Assembly (NCBI GenBank): GCA_965215605.1
Contig: OZ244070.1
Location: 2,304,001-2,368,000, forward strand
Direction: 5' to 3'
DNA from: an uncultured Candidatus Binatia bacterium
GTDB taxonomy: Bacteria; Desulfobacterota; Binatia; UBA9968; JAJDTQ01
Length of the DNA stretch: 64,000 bases
The position numbers were made by a program, and so were the translations under genes. The first letter of the stretch is position 1. Every line of letters begins with the position of its first letter. Below the pieces are notes generated by a model. That model had not been told where the DNA came from, ran no database searches, and saw only the letters and a list, made by a program, of their open reading frames with translations. Shown here in pieces: positions 45,364-55,250 of this stretch.

Positions 45364-46463
45364 GTGGCGGCGAAGGATGCGATCTCCGACACGTGCCGCA
45401 CGCCATCCCGGTCCATGACCTGTAGAAGCTCTTCCGCCATCCTCCTGGCGATCATCGGCCCGCGGTACGGGAGGGCGCTGTGGACCTGCACCAGGGGGCA
45501 GCCGCTCTCCTTCATCATGGTGCAGGCGTCACCCCCGTCGTAGATGCCGCCGTTGCCCACCAGCGTGAGGCGGCCCTCCAGCCGGGCCGCGGCGCCGCGG
45601 ACCTGGTCCCGCGCCTTGGGGAAGAGCGGCGGGCCGCTGTAGCCGCCCTTGTCCGGATCCGGGTTGACCGCGGGATCGATGGTGGTGTTGCCTATGATGA
45701 CGGCGTCGATTGCGGGGTCGAGCAGTTCGCGGCACTTGGTCAACGCGATGTCCCGGAGAATCGGCGGCATGTCCGGGGCGAACTTGGGCCAGAGGGGTTT
45801 TCGCCGCGCCATGCCGGCGGACCGCGCCAGATCGTCGGCCTTCTTCACCAGGCTGGTCAGCAAGTTGTCCAGCCGGCTGCCTTCCTGCAACTCCCGCAGA
45901 TGCAGCGTGTTGGGAGAGCTGATGCATATTTCGAAGAAGTCCGCGTACGGATAGAGCTTCTCCAGGGAATAGGCATAGTCCTGGAAGGCGTCGTCGAGGG
46001 GCGTCCGCAGCGCCTTGCCCAGGCTGATCCCCAGGGGAACCGGCAGCCCGGGCTGGCGTTCAAGGGTCGAGGCCAAAGTGTCCGCGCCGCGGTTGTTGAA
46101 GCCGAGACGGTTCCACAGTGCCCGGTTCGGCACGTCCCGGAACAGCCGCGGGCGCGGGTTCCCCGGCTGGCCGTCGCGGGGCGTCACGGACCCCACCGTG
46201 AGGAAGCCGAAGCCGAGCGCCGCCAGCGCGGGCGCGGCGATGCCGTTCTTGTCGAACCCGGCGGCGAGGCCGATGGGATTTCGGAAACGCATTCCGCACA
46301 GGGTCTGCTCCAGGCGGGGCTCCGGGTCCGGGTCGCGTCCGGCCAGGAGCGCCTGCAGCCACGGCCGGGTGTTCGCCCGCCGCAGCAGGCCCAGGGCGCC
46401 GTTGTGCGCGGTCTCGGCGTCCAGGCGGAACAGCAGCGGTGCCAGAAGTCTCTGGTAGAGCAT
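45339..46463 (-). CDS. pyrD: Dihydroorotate dehydrogenase (quinone)
   Basis: NPIGLAAGFDKN, GNPRPRLFR, NRLGFNN, SSPNT, GGYSG. Confidence 0.92.
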   Translation of the reverse strand: MLYQRLLAPLLFRLDAETAHNGALGLLRRANTRPWLQALLAGRDPDPEPRLEQTLCGMRFRNPIGLAAGFDKNGIAAPALAALGFGFLTVGSVTPRDGQPGNPRPRLFRDVPNRALWNRLGFNNRGADTLASTLERQPGLPVPLGISLGKALRTPLDDAFQDYAYSLEKLYPYADFFEICISSPNTLHLRELQEGSRLDNLLTSLVKKADDLARSAGMARRKPLWPKFAPDMPPILRDIALTKCRELLDPAIDAVIIGNTTIDPAVNPDPDKGGYSGPPLFPKARDQVRGAAARLEGRLTLVGNGGIYDGGDACTMMKESGCPLVQVHSALPYRGPMIARRMAEELLQVMDRDGVRHVSEIASFAATHPSRSSR

Positions 46464-46482
46464 CGACGGAGAGCCGCGCGGT

Positions 46483-47418
46483 TCAGTCGCCTTCGAAGAT
46501 CCACTCCAGCAGCGACATTCGGATGAACATGCCGTTGCCCGCCTGCCGGAAGTACCAGGCCCTCGGGTCCGCGTCGACTTCCGGTGGAATCTCCGCCAGC
46601 CGCGGCAGCGGATGCATGAGCACGGCGTGGGGCTTCATGAGGTCGAGTTGCGCGGGCCCGATGACGAACCTCAAGTGCAGTCCTTCATCGACCGCTTCCG
46701 GCCCGAGCCGTTCCTTCTGGACCCGTGTCCAGTAGACCACGTCGCTCCGTGGCAGTGCGTCCTCCAGACGCGATTCCTCGCTGAAGGCAACGCCTTTCTC
46801 GCGGAGGTGCTCCTTGATGTCCAAGCCCATTCCGAGCGGATCCGGGGACACGAACAGGATGCGGACGCCTTCGAACTTCGCCAGCAGGTAGGCCAGGGAC
46901 CGCGCCGTCCGGCCGTTGGCCAGGTCCCCGCCGATGGTCACGGTCAGGCCGGCGATGGTGCCGAGGGCCTGTTGGATGGTGTAGAGGTCCAGTAATGCCT
47001 GGGTGGGATGTTGCCCGGCTCCGTCACCCGCGTTGATGATCGGCACCGTGCTGTACCGGGCGGCGCGCTCGGCGGCGCCGGTCTCGTAGTGCCGCAGCGC
47101 GATCGCGTCCGGGTAATATTCGCACAGGACCCGGATGGTGTCCTCGAGGCTTTCCCCCTTGATGGCCGACGAGAACTCGCGCGCGTTCTCGGTGGCCACC
47201 ACGCTCATTCCAAGGTGCTGACCGGCGGCGACGAAAGACATCCGGGTCCGGGTGGAGGGTTCGTAAAAGACGCTGAAGAGGGTCTTCCCCCGGTGGATCC
47301 GGGTCAGGGCGAGTTTCTCGGAGGGGATGGCTATCTGCCGGCGGAACTCGTCCGCCCGCCGGAACAGCCTGTCCAGGATCGAACGGTCGAACTGCTGGGA
47401 ATACAGGACGTGTCGCAT
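46483..47418 (-). CDS. pyrB: Aspartate carbamoyltransferase
   Basis: FYEPSTRTRMSF, KGESLEDT, HPTQALLD, MHPLPR. Confidence 0.96.
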   Translation of the reverse strand: MRHVLYSQQFDRSILDRLFRRADEFRRQIAIPSEKLALTRIHRGKTLFSVFYEPSTRTRMSFVAAGQHLGMSVVATENAREFSSAIKGESLEDTIRVLCEYYPDAIALRHYETGAAERAARYSTVPIINAGDGAGQHPTQALLDLYTIQQALGTIAGLTVTIGGDLANGRTARSLAYLLAKFEGVRILFVSPDPLGMGLDIKEHLREKGVAFSEESRLEDALPRSDVVYWTRVQKERLGPEAVDEGLHLRFVIGPAQLDLMKPHAVLMHPLPRLAEIPPEVDADPRAWYFRQAGNGMFIRMSLLEWIFEGD

Positions 47419-47633
47419 TGCCGTGCTTGCCTGACGGTCGAGACGCGGGGACCCGGCCCGGCGGTGAAGCGATTCGCGCCGGCGGGTCCGGGGATGAGTC
47501 GAAGCGAACTATAGGTTCTTGCGGGACTCACCGCAAGAACCTGACGCCCGGAGGGACCTGTCACCGCAGAGCCGGCGCGGGGTGGGCGCGGATGGCGCCA
47601 CGGCCGCGGAAAGCGCGGGACTACCGGTACGGG

Positions 47634-47861
47634 TTACCCCGCTTCATCAAGCGCCTGTTGGGGCAGCAGGGTTTGGGAGCCGACGACGACGGGTTCAAGG
47701 CCCGCGTTCGGGCCGAACTCGATCTTGCAACCGGCGAGGTCGCCGGCCAACTGGACCTTGCCGCTGTTGACAAGGTGGATAACGACGGCCTTCAGTTCGT
47801 CAGGAGTACTTGCATACTCGCCTACGGCGTCGATGACATCGAGCAGCGTGAGTGACTTCAT
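47634..47861 (-). CDS. Small hypothetical protein
   Basis: GAGGA RBS before MKSLTLLDVIDAV...HLVNSGKVQLAG. Confidence 0.55.
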   Translation of the reverse strand: MKSLTLLDVIDAVGEYASTPDELKAVVIHLVNSGKVQLAGDLAGCKIEFGPNAGLEPVVVGSQTLLPQQALDEAG

Positions 47862-48188
47862 CGTTGGTTCCTCATTCGACATTTTCTTGATGTCCTGAAG
47901 ACGCAAACGCCGTGCCATGCGCTCCGCCACGCCAAACCGTTGAAATAACGTGATTCCAGGGATCTTCCGGATACGCCGGTCGACGGGATCGTCGATCAAT
48001 GACGTTCTCGTCGACATTTTGGTGTCGTCCGGCAAAGGCGGGCAACCAGCGACGTCGTATTCGGAAGCGCGCGGATGCAAAAAACCCCTCGGTGGCCGGT
48101 TCCGGCTCGATCCCGAGGGGGATTGGCTGATGAGTCAGCAGAACAGCGCGTATTTACTACAGATCGGGCCTCGGTGTCAACAGGTTCT

Positions 48189-49151
48189 TTATTTGCGGGC
48201 CTTGATCTCTTCGATGAGCTGGGGGACGACCTTGAAGACGTCGCCCACGATGCCGAGGTCGCACATCTGGAAGATGGGGGCATCGGCATCCTTGTTGACC
48301 GCCACGATCAGCTTGGAGTCCTTCATGCCGGCCAGGTGCTGCACGGCGCCGGAGATGCCACAGGCGATGTAGAGTTCGGGCTTGACGGTCTTGCCGGTTT
48401 GGCCGATCTGCAGGGAGTAGGGCACCCAGCCGGAATCCACCACGGCCCGGGTGGCGCCCACGGCGCCGCCCAGCAGGTCCGCCAACTCGCGCAGCATGTC
48501 GAAGTTCTCGGCTCCGGCCAGGCCGCGGCCTCCCGAGACGATGACGTTGGCGCCGTCCAACTGCGGGCCCTCGGCCCTGGCGGCGACCCGTTCCTTGACC
48601 CTTACCTTGCAGAGCTCGGCGCCGCCCGCGGCCGCGACTTCCTCCACCACCGGGGTCTTGGGGTTGTGGGCGGGCTCGAAGGCCTTGGGCCTCACCAGCA
48701 GGAGCTTGACGTCGTCGTGCACCAGCGTGGCGGTGTTCCAGTAGCTGGCTCCCAGGGCGGGGATCCTGGCTTCGATGGTTCCGTCCGTCAAGGTGAAGTC
48801 GGCCACGTCCGTGATGGCGCCGCAGTCGAGGCTGGCGCTGATGGCCGCGGCCACGTCGCGGCCGCCGTAGCTCGACGCGAACAGCACCGCCGCCGGCTTG
48901 TGTTGGCGAATGAGGGCTTCCACCACCGCCGCCGCGGGCAACGTCAGGTATTCATGAAAGACCGGGTCGGCCGACCGGTAGACCTTGCCTGCGCCGTGCT
49001 CGCCCAGCAACTCCACGGCGCCGTCGGGGGCCGGTCCGAGCAGGATCACCTCGGCGGCTCCCACCGCCGAGGCCTTGGTCACCATCTCCAGCGTCGTGGA
49101 GGTGACGGCGCCATCCACGACCTCGCCATAGACCCAAATGATATCGGACAT
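48189..49151 (-). CDS. etfA: Electron transfer flavoprotein alpha
   Basis: [34 protein letters not shown]. Confidence 0.95.
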   Translation of the reverse strand: MSDIIWVYGEVVDGAVTSTTLEMVTKASAVGAAEVILLGPAPDGAVELLGEHGAGKVYRSADPVFHEYLTLPAAAVVEALIRQHKPAAVLFASSYGGRDVAAAISASLDCGAITDVADFTLTDGTIEARIPALGASYWNTATLVHDDVKLLLVRPKAFEPAHNPKTPVVEEVAAAGGAELCKVRVKERVAARAEGPQLDGANVIVSGGRGLAGAENFDMLRELADLLGGAVGATRAVVDSGWVPYSLQIGQTGKTVKPELYIACGISGAVQHLAGMKDSKLIVAVNKDADAPIFQMCDLGIVGDVFKVVPQLIEEIKARK

Positions 49152-49931
49152 CTAAATGACCTTGGCCTCGGCCAGGAAATCGGCGATCCTCGTGCCCCCG
49201 TCGCCGTCGTCTTCCACCACCTCCCCGGCTGCGCGTTGCGGCGGCCTGCCAATCTCCAGGACCTTCTCCCGGGCTCCCGGCTCGCCCACCTCATCCGGTG
49301 TGAGGCCGAGGTCCTCGACGGAGTACTCCAGGATCTCTTTCCGCTTGGCCGACATGATGCCCTTGAGCTGCGGGTAGCGCGGCTCGTTTATGCCGCTGGT
49401 GACGGTCACCAGCGCCGGCAGCTCGGCCTCCACCACGTCGTAGCCGGTCTCGCTCTGGCGCTTGATGGACAGGGTGGAGCCGTCCACGGTCATCTCGTTG
49501 GCGAAGGTGACCGGCGGGACTCCCAGCAGCCGCGCGATCTGGCCCGGCACGATGCCGGAGTAGCTGTCGCTGCTCTCGGTGCCGCAGATGATGAGATCGA
49601 AAGGCTTCTTGCGGATGGCCGCGGCCAGGGCCTTGGCCGTCGCCAGCGCGTCCGACCCCGCCAGCGCGTCGTCGAAGATGTGCACCGCGGAGGTGGCCCC
49701 CATGGCCAGCGCGGTCCGTATGCCGATGGTGATCTCGTTGAATCCCATGGTCACCAGCGTGACCGTGCCGCCCACCTGCTCCATCAGCCGCAACGCCTCT
49801 TCCACCGCGCTGGCCGCGGCCGGATCCAACTCGTGCGCCACGCCCTTGCGGATCATCCGCCTGGTGGCGGGGTCGATCTCGATGGTGACGGTGCTGGCAG
49901 GGATGATCTTGCCACAGACCACGATATCCAA
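49152..49931 (-). CDS. etfB: Electron transfer flavoprotein beta
   Basis: ALAMGA, GSDALAT, INEPRYP; TTG start; adjacent to etfA. Confidence 0.93.
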   Translation of the reverse strand: MDIVVCGKIIPASTVTIEIDPATRRMIRKGVAHELDPAAASAVEEALRLMEQVGGTVTLVTMGFNEITIGIRTALAMGATSAVHIFDDALAGSDALATAKALAAAIRKKPFDLIICGTESSDSYSGIVPGQIARLLGVPPVTFANEMTVDGSTLSIKRQSETGYDVVEAELPALVTVTSGINEPRYPQLKGIMSAKRKEILEYSVEDLGLTPDEVGEPGAREKVLEIGRPPQRAAGEVVEDDGDGGTRIADFLAEAKVI

Positions 49932-50026
49932 GGGTGCGAACCTCCGGTAAGGGTAGTGGGAGCCGGTGATGCCCGGCTATGGCGAGCCCGAAAGGGAGGG
50001 TGGAAGGGGGAGGGTTTCCGGATCGG

Positions 50027-50221
50027 CTACTCCAGCCACTCGGATACCTTCCCCTCCATCACCATGTCGAGGACTTCCCGGCAGTCCTGGAGAGCCTGGT
50101 CCACGATCTTCTCGTCCTTGATGTTGGGGACCGCCCGGTTGACGGCCCCGTGGACCGCCGCGATGCAGGCCTTGAGGTGCTCGTCGAGCTCCGCCGAATG
50201 AGGTGCCTGTGCCATTTCCAT
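50027..50221 (-). CDS. Small hypothetical protein, 64 aa
   Basis: ORF 7 nt downstream of the diiron gene, with host-like codon usage. Confidence 0.55.
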   Translation of the reverse strand: MEMAQAPHSAELDEHLKACIAAVHGAVNRAVPNIKDEKIVDQALQDCREVLDMVMEGKVSEWLE

Positions 50222-50228
50222 TTCCGTC

Positions 50229-50945
50229 TCAGGTGTAGAGCCGGCCCTCGTTGGGGTCGGGGATTTCGAGGCCCATGTCCGTGATCAGGGCATTGATCTC
50301 CGCGGTGTACTCTGCCCGCTGCTGGCGGTTGGTGCGCCTCTTGAGGCCCCAATAACGGTACCGCTCGGAGCGCCTGGAATCCGACTTGCCGAACATGTCC
50401 AGGCCCTTCACGTACCAGTAGTTCACCGCGTTCTGGATGCGCTCCCTCGACTCGTCACCGCCTTCGGCCATCTCGCGGGTCATGTTGGTGCCGAAGGAGA
50501 TGTGCGCGACTTCTTCCTGCTCCATGGTGGGAAGGAGCTCGGCAAGCGGCAGGTAGCTGCAGTCCTCGAACTCCTCGAGCTGGAAGCGTCCGACCCGGTC
50601 GATGAGAAAGCCGAAGACCGCGAAATCTTCCCAGGTGGTGATCTTGCCGCGGAACGCCTCCACGTAGCGTTTCTGATTGGGCCAGCTCAGGACGTAGGAC
50701 ACATCCTCGCCGATGTCTGCGGCCAGCTTGGCCATCTTGCGGTAGTGGTCCACCTCTTCCGCCGCGGTGCGCGCCACCACGAGCTGGTAGAGCTTCGTCG
50801 GGGCGTTGGGGAGCATGTCGTCGATGTAGAGATGCGGCCCGCCGATCTCGCAGTCGCACTGGATCGCAAGCACCCGCTTCAACAGATCCTGGTACTCCGG
50901 ATCCATCTTCTCGAAGTCTTTGAGCTCGATCTTGTCGGTGAACAT
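50229..50945 (-). CDS. Ferritin-like diiron protein (PaaA/PaaC/BoxB superfamily)
   Basis: DCE, EEVDH, DR, EEVAH ligand pattern; CSYLPL, LDMFG, WGLK; AGGAGAGG RBS. Confidence 0.82.
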   Translation of the reverse strand: MFTDKIELKDFEKMDPEYQDLLKRVLAIQCDCEIGGPHLYIDDMLPNAPTKLYQLVVARTAAEEVDHYRKMAKLAADIGEDVSYVLSWPNQKRYVEAFRGKITTWEDFAVFGFLIDRVGRFQLEEFEDCSYLPLAELLPTMEQEEVAHISFGTNMTREMAEGGDESRERIQNAVNYWYVKGLDMFGKSDSRRSERYRYWGLKRRTNRQQRAEYTAEINALITDMGLEIPDPNEGRLYT

Positions 50946-51084
50946 GGCGCCTCTCCTCTGTAACTTTTCAACTAAAATCGGGTTAGCAGAAGGCTCGATT
51001 GAAGGCAAGCGAAAGCGGCACGGCCTTTACTCGGCCCTGGCCACGCCCTAAACTGACGGGCGCATACGGCAGCAGGGGGGAAGC

Positions 51085-51738
51085 GTGATGTCGGAAGACG
51101 TCGTTAGCAGCGTGACGGTGCCGAAGAACTCCGGGTGGGCCTCCACGATGAGGAAGGGCCATTGCATCCGGGTGGCGGGGAGGTCGGTGGTGGACTTCGT
51201 CGCCTTCAACCTGCATGACCTGACCGAGCGTTTCGATCAGGCCCGGACCAAGACCAACCAGGCGCGGATTTTTATCAGCGCCGGCGACCAGCTCTTGTCC
51301 AAGCTCAACAATCCGCTGCTGACCATCGTGGCGGACACGTTCCATGAAGGACGGCACGACTTGCAGAAGGGGATGTGCAGCCGCAGGCGGTTCGAGCTGG
51401 TGGCCGCCGGTCTGGCCCAGCGGAACTTCATCGAGGGGGTCGATCCCAATCCCAGGAGGCCGGAGGACATTCCCACCCACGGCTGCTACGAGAACCTCTC
51501 CGAGGCCGTGCGCCCGTGGGACATTGCCCCGGTGGACATCCCGAGCCCGTTCAACATCTTTCAGACCATGCGCATCGACCCGGATACCGGCGCCATGTTC
51601 GACACCTTCGTGCGGCCCAGGGAAGACGCCCATGTGGATTTTCGCGCGGAGATGGACTGTCTCGTGGCCCTCAGCGCGTGTCCGGAATCCGGACGAGGGC
51701 AGGCGATCCGGGTGGAAATGTTCGAACCGGAGGCCTGA
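51085..51738 (+). CDS. DUF1989/urea-carboxylase-associated family protein
   Basis: ERFDQART, HDLQKGMC, GCYENL, PFNIF, SACP. Confidence 0.85.
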   Translation: MMSEDVVSSVTVPKNSGWASTMRKGHCIRVAGRSVVDFVAFNLHDLTERFDQARTKTNQARIFISAGDQLLSKLNNPLLTIVADTFHEGRHDLQKGMCSRRRFELVAAGLAQRNFIEGVDPNPRRPEDIPTHGCYENLSEAVRPWDIAPVDIPSPFNIFQTMRIDPDTGAMFDTFVRPREDAHVDFRAEMDCLVALSACPESGRGQAIRVEMFEPEA

Positions 51739-51743
51739 CCACC

Positions 51744-52940
51744 ATGGATGTCCGGGAAGCCTTTCGCATTGCCGACGAGCACGTTGACGATCCCGAGCTG
51801 GATGCGCTGTTCACCGAGCTGCTGCGGGTCCCATCGGAGCACACGGAGCGCATGGAGTCCGATCCGGCTGTGACGGGCTTCGTCGCGGACGTGGTGGCGC
51901 CGCGGCTCCAAACGCTTACCGGGGTGACGCCACGGACCGATGGTATGGGCAACCTGCTGTGGCGGCTCGGTCCGGCCGAGGCGGATCCGGCGGAGGGGCT
52001 GCTCTTCATGGGTTACGCCATGACCTTCCCGGCGGGCTCGATGCCGGAGCCGTTCTCGGGAAGGGTGGTGCCCGGGGAGCCCTACGGGCTCGAGGGGCCG
52101 TGCGTGTGGGGCCGGGGCGGCTGCGAGCAGAAGGCGGCGCTGGCGGCCATGCTGGCGGCCGCCGCCGCGGTGCGGCGGTCGGGCCGGGAGCTGACGCGTC
52201 CACTGTCGCTGGCGGTGAGCACGGCCGGGGAGACCGGACGCCATGATGCGGCCCGGTACATGCTGGAAGAGGATGGTCTCACGGCCCGCTACGGCATCGT
52301 CGGGCTGGGCACCACCAACCGGGTCTGTCTGGGTAACAAGGGCCGGATCGACGTGGAAGTCGTGGTGGGCGGCCAGTCCTGCCACAGCAGCACACCATGG
52401 GCCGGGGTCAACGCGGTGGAGGGGGCACGCGCGGTGCTGGAGCGCCTGGACGGTTTGGTGGACGGCATCGCCCACCCGTCGCTGGGGGATGCGAGCCTGG
52501 TCGCCACCCATATCGAGAGCGGCCCCGACATCCTGCACACCATACAGGACCATTGTCGGCTGACGCTCGACCGGCGTCTCATGCCGGGCGAGGATCCGGC
52601 GGAGGCCCTGGCGGCCATCACCCGAGCCCTGGCGGATCTGGAGCCCTGGCAGGTGGCGGTCACCCAGGGCAATTTCATGTATCCCGCCGAGGTGTCGGAG
52701 GACAGCGAGGTGGCCGTGGCCCTGGCGGCGGCGCGCGAGATGGCGGGGGAGACGGGGCCGCCGTTATGGTTTCCGGCGGCGCTGGATGCGGGCTACCTGA
52801 ACGAGAGCGGCATCGAGACCGTCATGTTCGGACCGGGAGACCTGGCCTTCGCCCACACCGACGCCGAGGTGGTGGTGCTGGAGCAGGTGCGGCGAGCGGC
52901 CAGGGTCTATGCCGCGGCGGCGCTGCAGATGCTCGCATGA
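51744..52940 (+). CDS. M20-family metallopeptidase/amidohydrolase
   Basis: WGRGGCEQK, AGE, HSSTPWAGVNA, LDRR, FGPG...AHT; first metal ligands atypical. Confidence 0.8.
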   Translation: MDVREAFRIADEHVDDPELDALFTELLRVPSEHTERMESDPAVTGFVADVVAPRLQTLTGVTPRTDGMGNLLWRLGPAEADPAEGLLFMGYAMTFPAGSMPEPFSGRVVPGEPYGLEGPCVWGRGGCEQKAALAAMLAAAAAVRRSGRELTRPLSLAVSTAGETGRHDAARYMLEEDGLTARYGIVGLGTTNRVCLGNKGRIDVEVVVGGQSCHSSTPWAGVNAVEGARAVLERLDGLVDGIAHPSLGDASLVATHIESGPDILHTIQDHCRLTLDRRLMPGEDPAEALAAITRALADLEPWQVAVTQGNFMYPAEVSEDSEVAVALAAAREMAGETGPPLWFPAALDAGYLNESGIETVMFGPGDLAFAHTDAEVVVLEQVRRAARVYAAAALQMLA

Positions 52941-52959
52941 CTCGGGGGCACCGCCAAAC

Positions 52960-52994
52960 GTCATTCCCGCGAAAGCGGGAATCTTGCGGGAATG
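52960..52994. repeat. REP-like palindromic element
   Basis: GTCATTCCCGCGAAAGCGGGAATC-TTGCGGGAATGA. Confidence 0.6.
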
Positions 52995-53040
52995 AAAAAG
53001 GGACCCTCCCGATGTTCGGCGACATCGAAAGGGTCCCTTT
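52995..53040. terminator. Bidirectional terminator-like hairpin
   Basis: AAAAAGGGACCC...CGATGT/ACATCG...GGGTCCCTTT between convergent genes. Confidence 0.7.
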
Positions 53041-53072
53041 CGCCATTGTGGCGAAGATGCGGGCCGTCGGGC

Positions 53073-54095
53073 CTACTTCTTCATCCACCCCTTGTTGTTA
53101 TACCAGGCCAGGGCCTTGTCGTAGAACTCCTGGAACATGATCTGCTCCATCGGCGGGATCTTGGTATCCTTTGCGATGGACTTGGTCCAGAACGCCGACT
53201 CGATGTACGCTTCGACGCCCGCCGCGGTTGCCTGACAGCGATCGGGGATGGACTTTGCCTCCAAGATCTCGATTTCGTACATCTTCTTGGCGATGTGCGG
53301 CTTGTTGCGCATCACGTTCTGGTAGACGTTCAGCACTTCTTCGCCGTTCTTGGGGTCGTTGACGAAGGCGCATCCGCGAATGAGGGTGCCCATCAGGGCA
53401 ACGGCCTTGTCGGGATTGTCCTTGATGAAGTTCTTGTTCATGGCGAGTTGCAGGAACGCGTATTCCTTGACGAACTGTTCCGCGGCGCCGAGAACGGTCA
53501 AGCCCGCGTCGCGTGCCGCCAGCATCTTGCCGAAGGTGAGGGAGCCCACGTCGATCTTGCCGGCCTTGACGCCGGCCAACCGCGCGGACGATCCACCGAC
53601 CTTGATCAGGCGCACGTCCTTCTCCGGGATGCCCGCGTTCTGCAGCAGCTTGAGGGAGACGTAGACGTTGCCGGACGTGGGAGAGCTGATGCCCACCTTT
53701 ACCGGCCGCGGCAGGTCCTTGTAGGACTTGACGTGCTTGCCGCCCACGAGCCAGTAGGGCAGGGTGTTCAACTCGGTGCCGACGATGCGGATGTTGCTGC
53801 CCGGCCGAATGGCCAGCGCGATGTTGTCATCCGACCCGAAGAAGGGGAGCTGACCCCGTTCCAGCGCGAGGACCGCGGCGTTCTCACCGCCCGATACCGA
53901 GTAGACCCTGGCGTCGTAGCCGATGTCCTTGAAAAAACCCTTGTGGATGGCCACCTGCTCCACCAGCGACGTGGTGGAGTTGGTCTGCGCCACCGGGATG
54001 CGGAGCTTTTCCTGCGCGAGTGCCTGACCGCCAAGCAGCAGTCCCGCGCCCACCAAGGCTATGACAATTCCTTTTGCGATCCTCTTGGCCCTCAT
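53073..54095 (-). CDS. ABC substrate-binding protein (NMT1/SsuA-like), paralog 3
   Basis: Signal peptide, KGFFKDIG, KVGGSSARLAGVKAGKID. Confidence 0.88.
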   Translation of the reverse strand: MRAKRIAKGIVIALVGAGLLLGGQALAQEKLRIPVAQTNSTTSLVEQVAIHKGFFKDIGYDARVYSVSGGENAAVLALERGQLPFFGSDDNIALAIRPGSNIRIVGTELNTLPYWLVGGKHVKSYKDLPRPVKVGISSPTSGNVYVSLKLLQNAGIPEKDVRLIKVGGSSARLAGVKAGKIDVGSLTFGKMLAARDAGLTVLGAAEQFVKEYAFLQLAMNKNFIKDNPDKAVALMGTLIRGCAFVNDPKNGEEVLNVYQNVMRNKPHIAKKMYEIEILEAKSIPDRCQATAAGVEAYIESAFWTKSIAKDTKIPPMEQIMFQEFYDKALAWYNNKGWMKK

Positions 54096-54214
54096 GTGTT
54101 TCCTCCTTCTGTTGGTTGATGGTTGACACGGTGAGCATGAAGACGGACCCTTCCGATGTCCTGTCGGGCATCGGAGAGGTCCCTCCTTTGCAACACCGTT
54201 TCCTGTGACCTTCC

Positions 54215-55234
54215 TTACTTCTTCATCCACCCTTTGTTGTTGAACCAAGCCAGGGCCCGGTCATAGAACTCGGGGAACATGATGTCTTTGGTTGGCGGAA
54301 TCTTGGTGTCCGCCGCGATGGACTTGCTCCAGACGGCCGACTCGATGAATGCCTTGATACCAGCTTCCGTGGCCTGGCACCGGTCGGGGATGGAACCTTG
54401 GGCGACCTCGATCTCGTACATCTCCTTGGCGATGTCCGGCGGGTTGCGCATGACCTTCTCGAGGACGTGCAGGACCTCTTCACGGTTCGCGGGGTCGTTG
54501 ACGAACGCGCACCCGCGGATCAGGGTGCCGAACATGGCCTCGGCCTTCTTCGGCTGGTCCTTGATGTAGTTCTTGTTCATGGCGACCTGAAGGAACGCGT
54601 ATTCCTTGACGAACTGGTTCGCCGCGCCAAGGATCGACAGGTTTGCCTTCTTGGCCCGCAGCATCATGCCGAAAGTCAGCGAGCCCACGTCGATTTTGCC
54701 GCCCTTGACGCCCGCCAACCGTGCCGACGATCCGCCTACCTTGATCAGGCGGGTGTCCTTCGTCGGGATGCCGGCCGCCTCGAGCAGCTTCAGGGACACG
54801 TAGACGTTACCCGAGGTGGGGGAGCTGATCCCGACCTTCACCGGCCGCGGCAGGTCTTTGTAGGACTTGACGTGCTTCCCGGCCACGAGCCAGTACGGCA
54901 GCACGTTCATCTCGCTGCCGATGACGCGGATGTTGCTGCCCGGGCGAATGGCCAGAGGGATGTTGTCGTCCGAGCCGAAGAAGGGAAGTTGGCCCCGTTC
55001 CAGGGCGAGGACGGCGGCGTTCTCGCCACCCGATACCGAGTAGACCCTGGCGTCGTAACCGATGTCCTTGAAGAAGCCCTTGTAGATGGCCACCTGCTCG
55101 GTCAGCGCGGTGGTCGTGCTGGTCATCGCAACCGGGATTCGGAGGTTTTCCTGTGCGAGCACCTGTCCGCCCCATAACAGGCTGGCTCCCAAAAAGGCCG
55201 CGGCGATTCCTTTCGCAATGCGATTGTGTTTCAT
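54215..55234 (-). CDS. ABC substrate-binding protein (NMT1/SsuA-like), paralog 2
   Basis: Highly similar to the neighbouring paralogs; signal peptide. Confidence 0.88.
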   Translation of the reverse strand: MKHNRIAKGIAAAFLGASLLWGGQVLAQENLRIPVAMTSTTTALTEQVAIYKGFFKDIGYDARVYSVSGGENAAVLALERGQLPFFGSDDNIPLAIRPGSNIRVIGSEMNVLPYWLVAGKHVKSYKDLPRPVKVGISSPTSGNVYVSLKLLEAAGIPTKDTRLIKVGGSSARLAGVKGGKIDVGSLTFGMMLRAKKANLSILGAANQFVKEYAFLQVAMNKNYIKDQPKKAEAMFGTLIRGCAFVNDPANREEVLHVLEKVMRNPPDIAKEMYEIEVAQGSIPDRCQATEAGIKAFIESAVWSKSIAADTKIPPTKDIMFPEFYDRALAWFNNKGWMKK

Positions 55235-55250
55235 GCGTAGTCCTCCTTCG

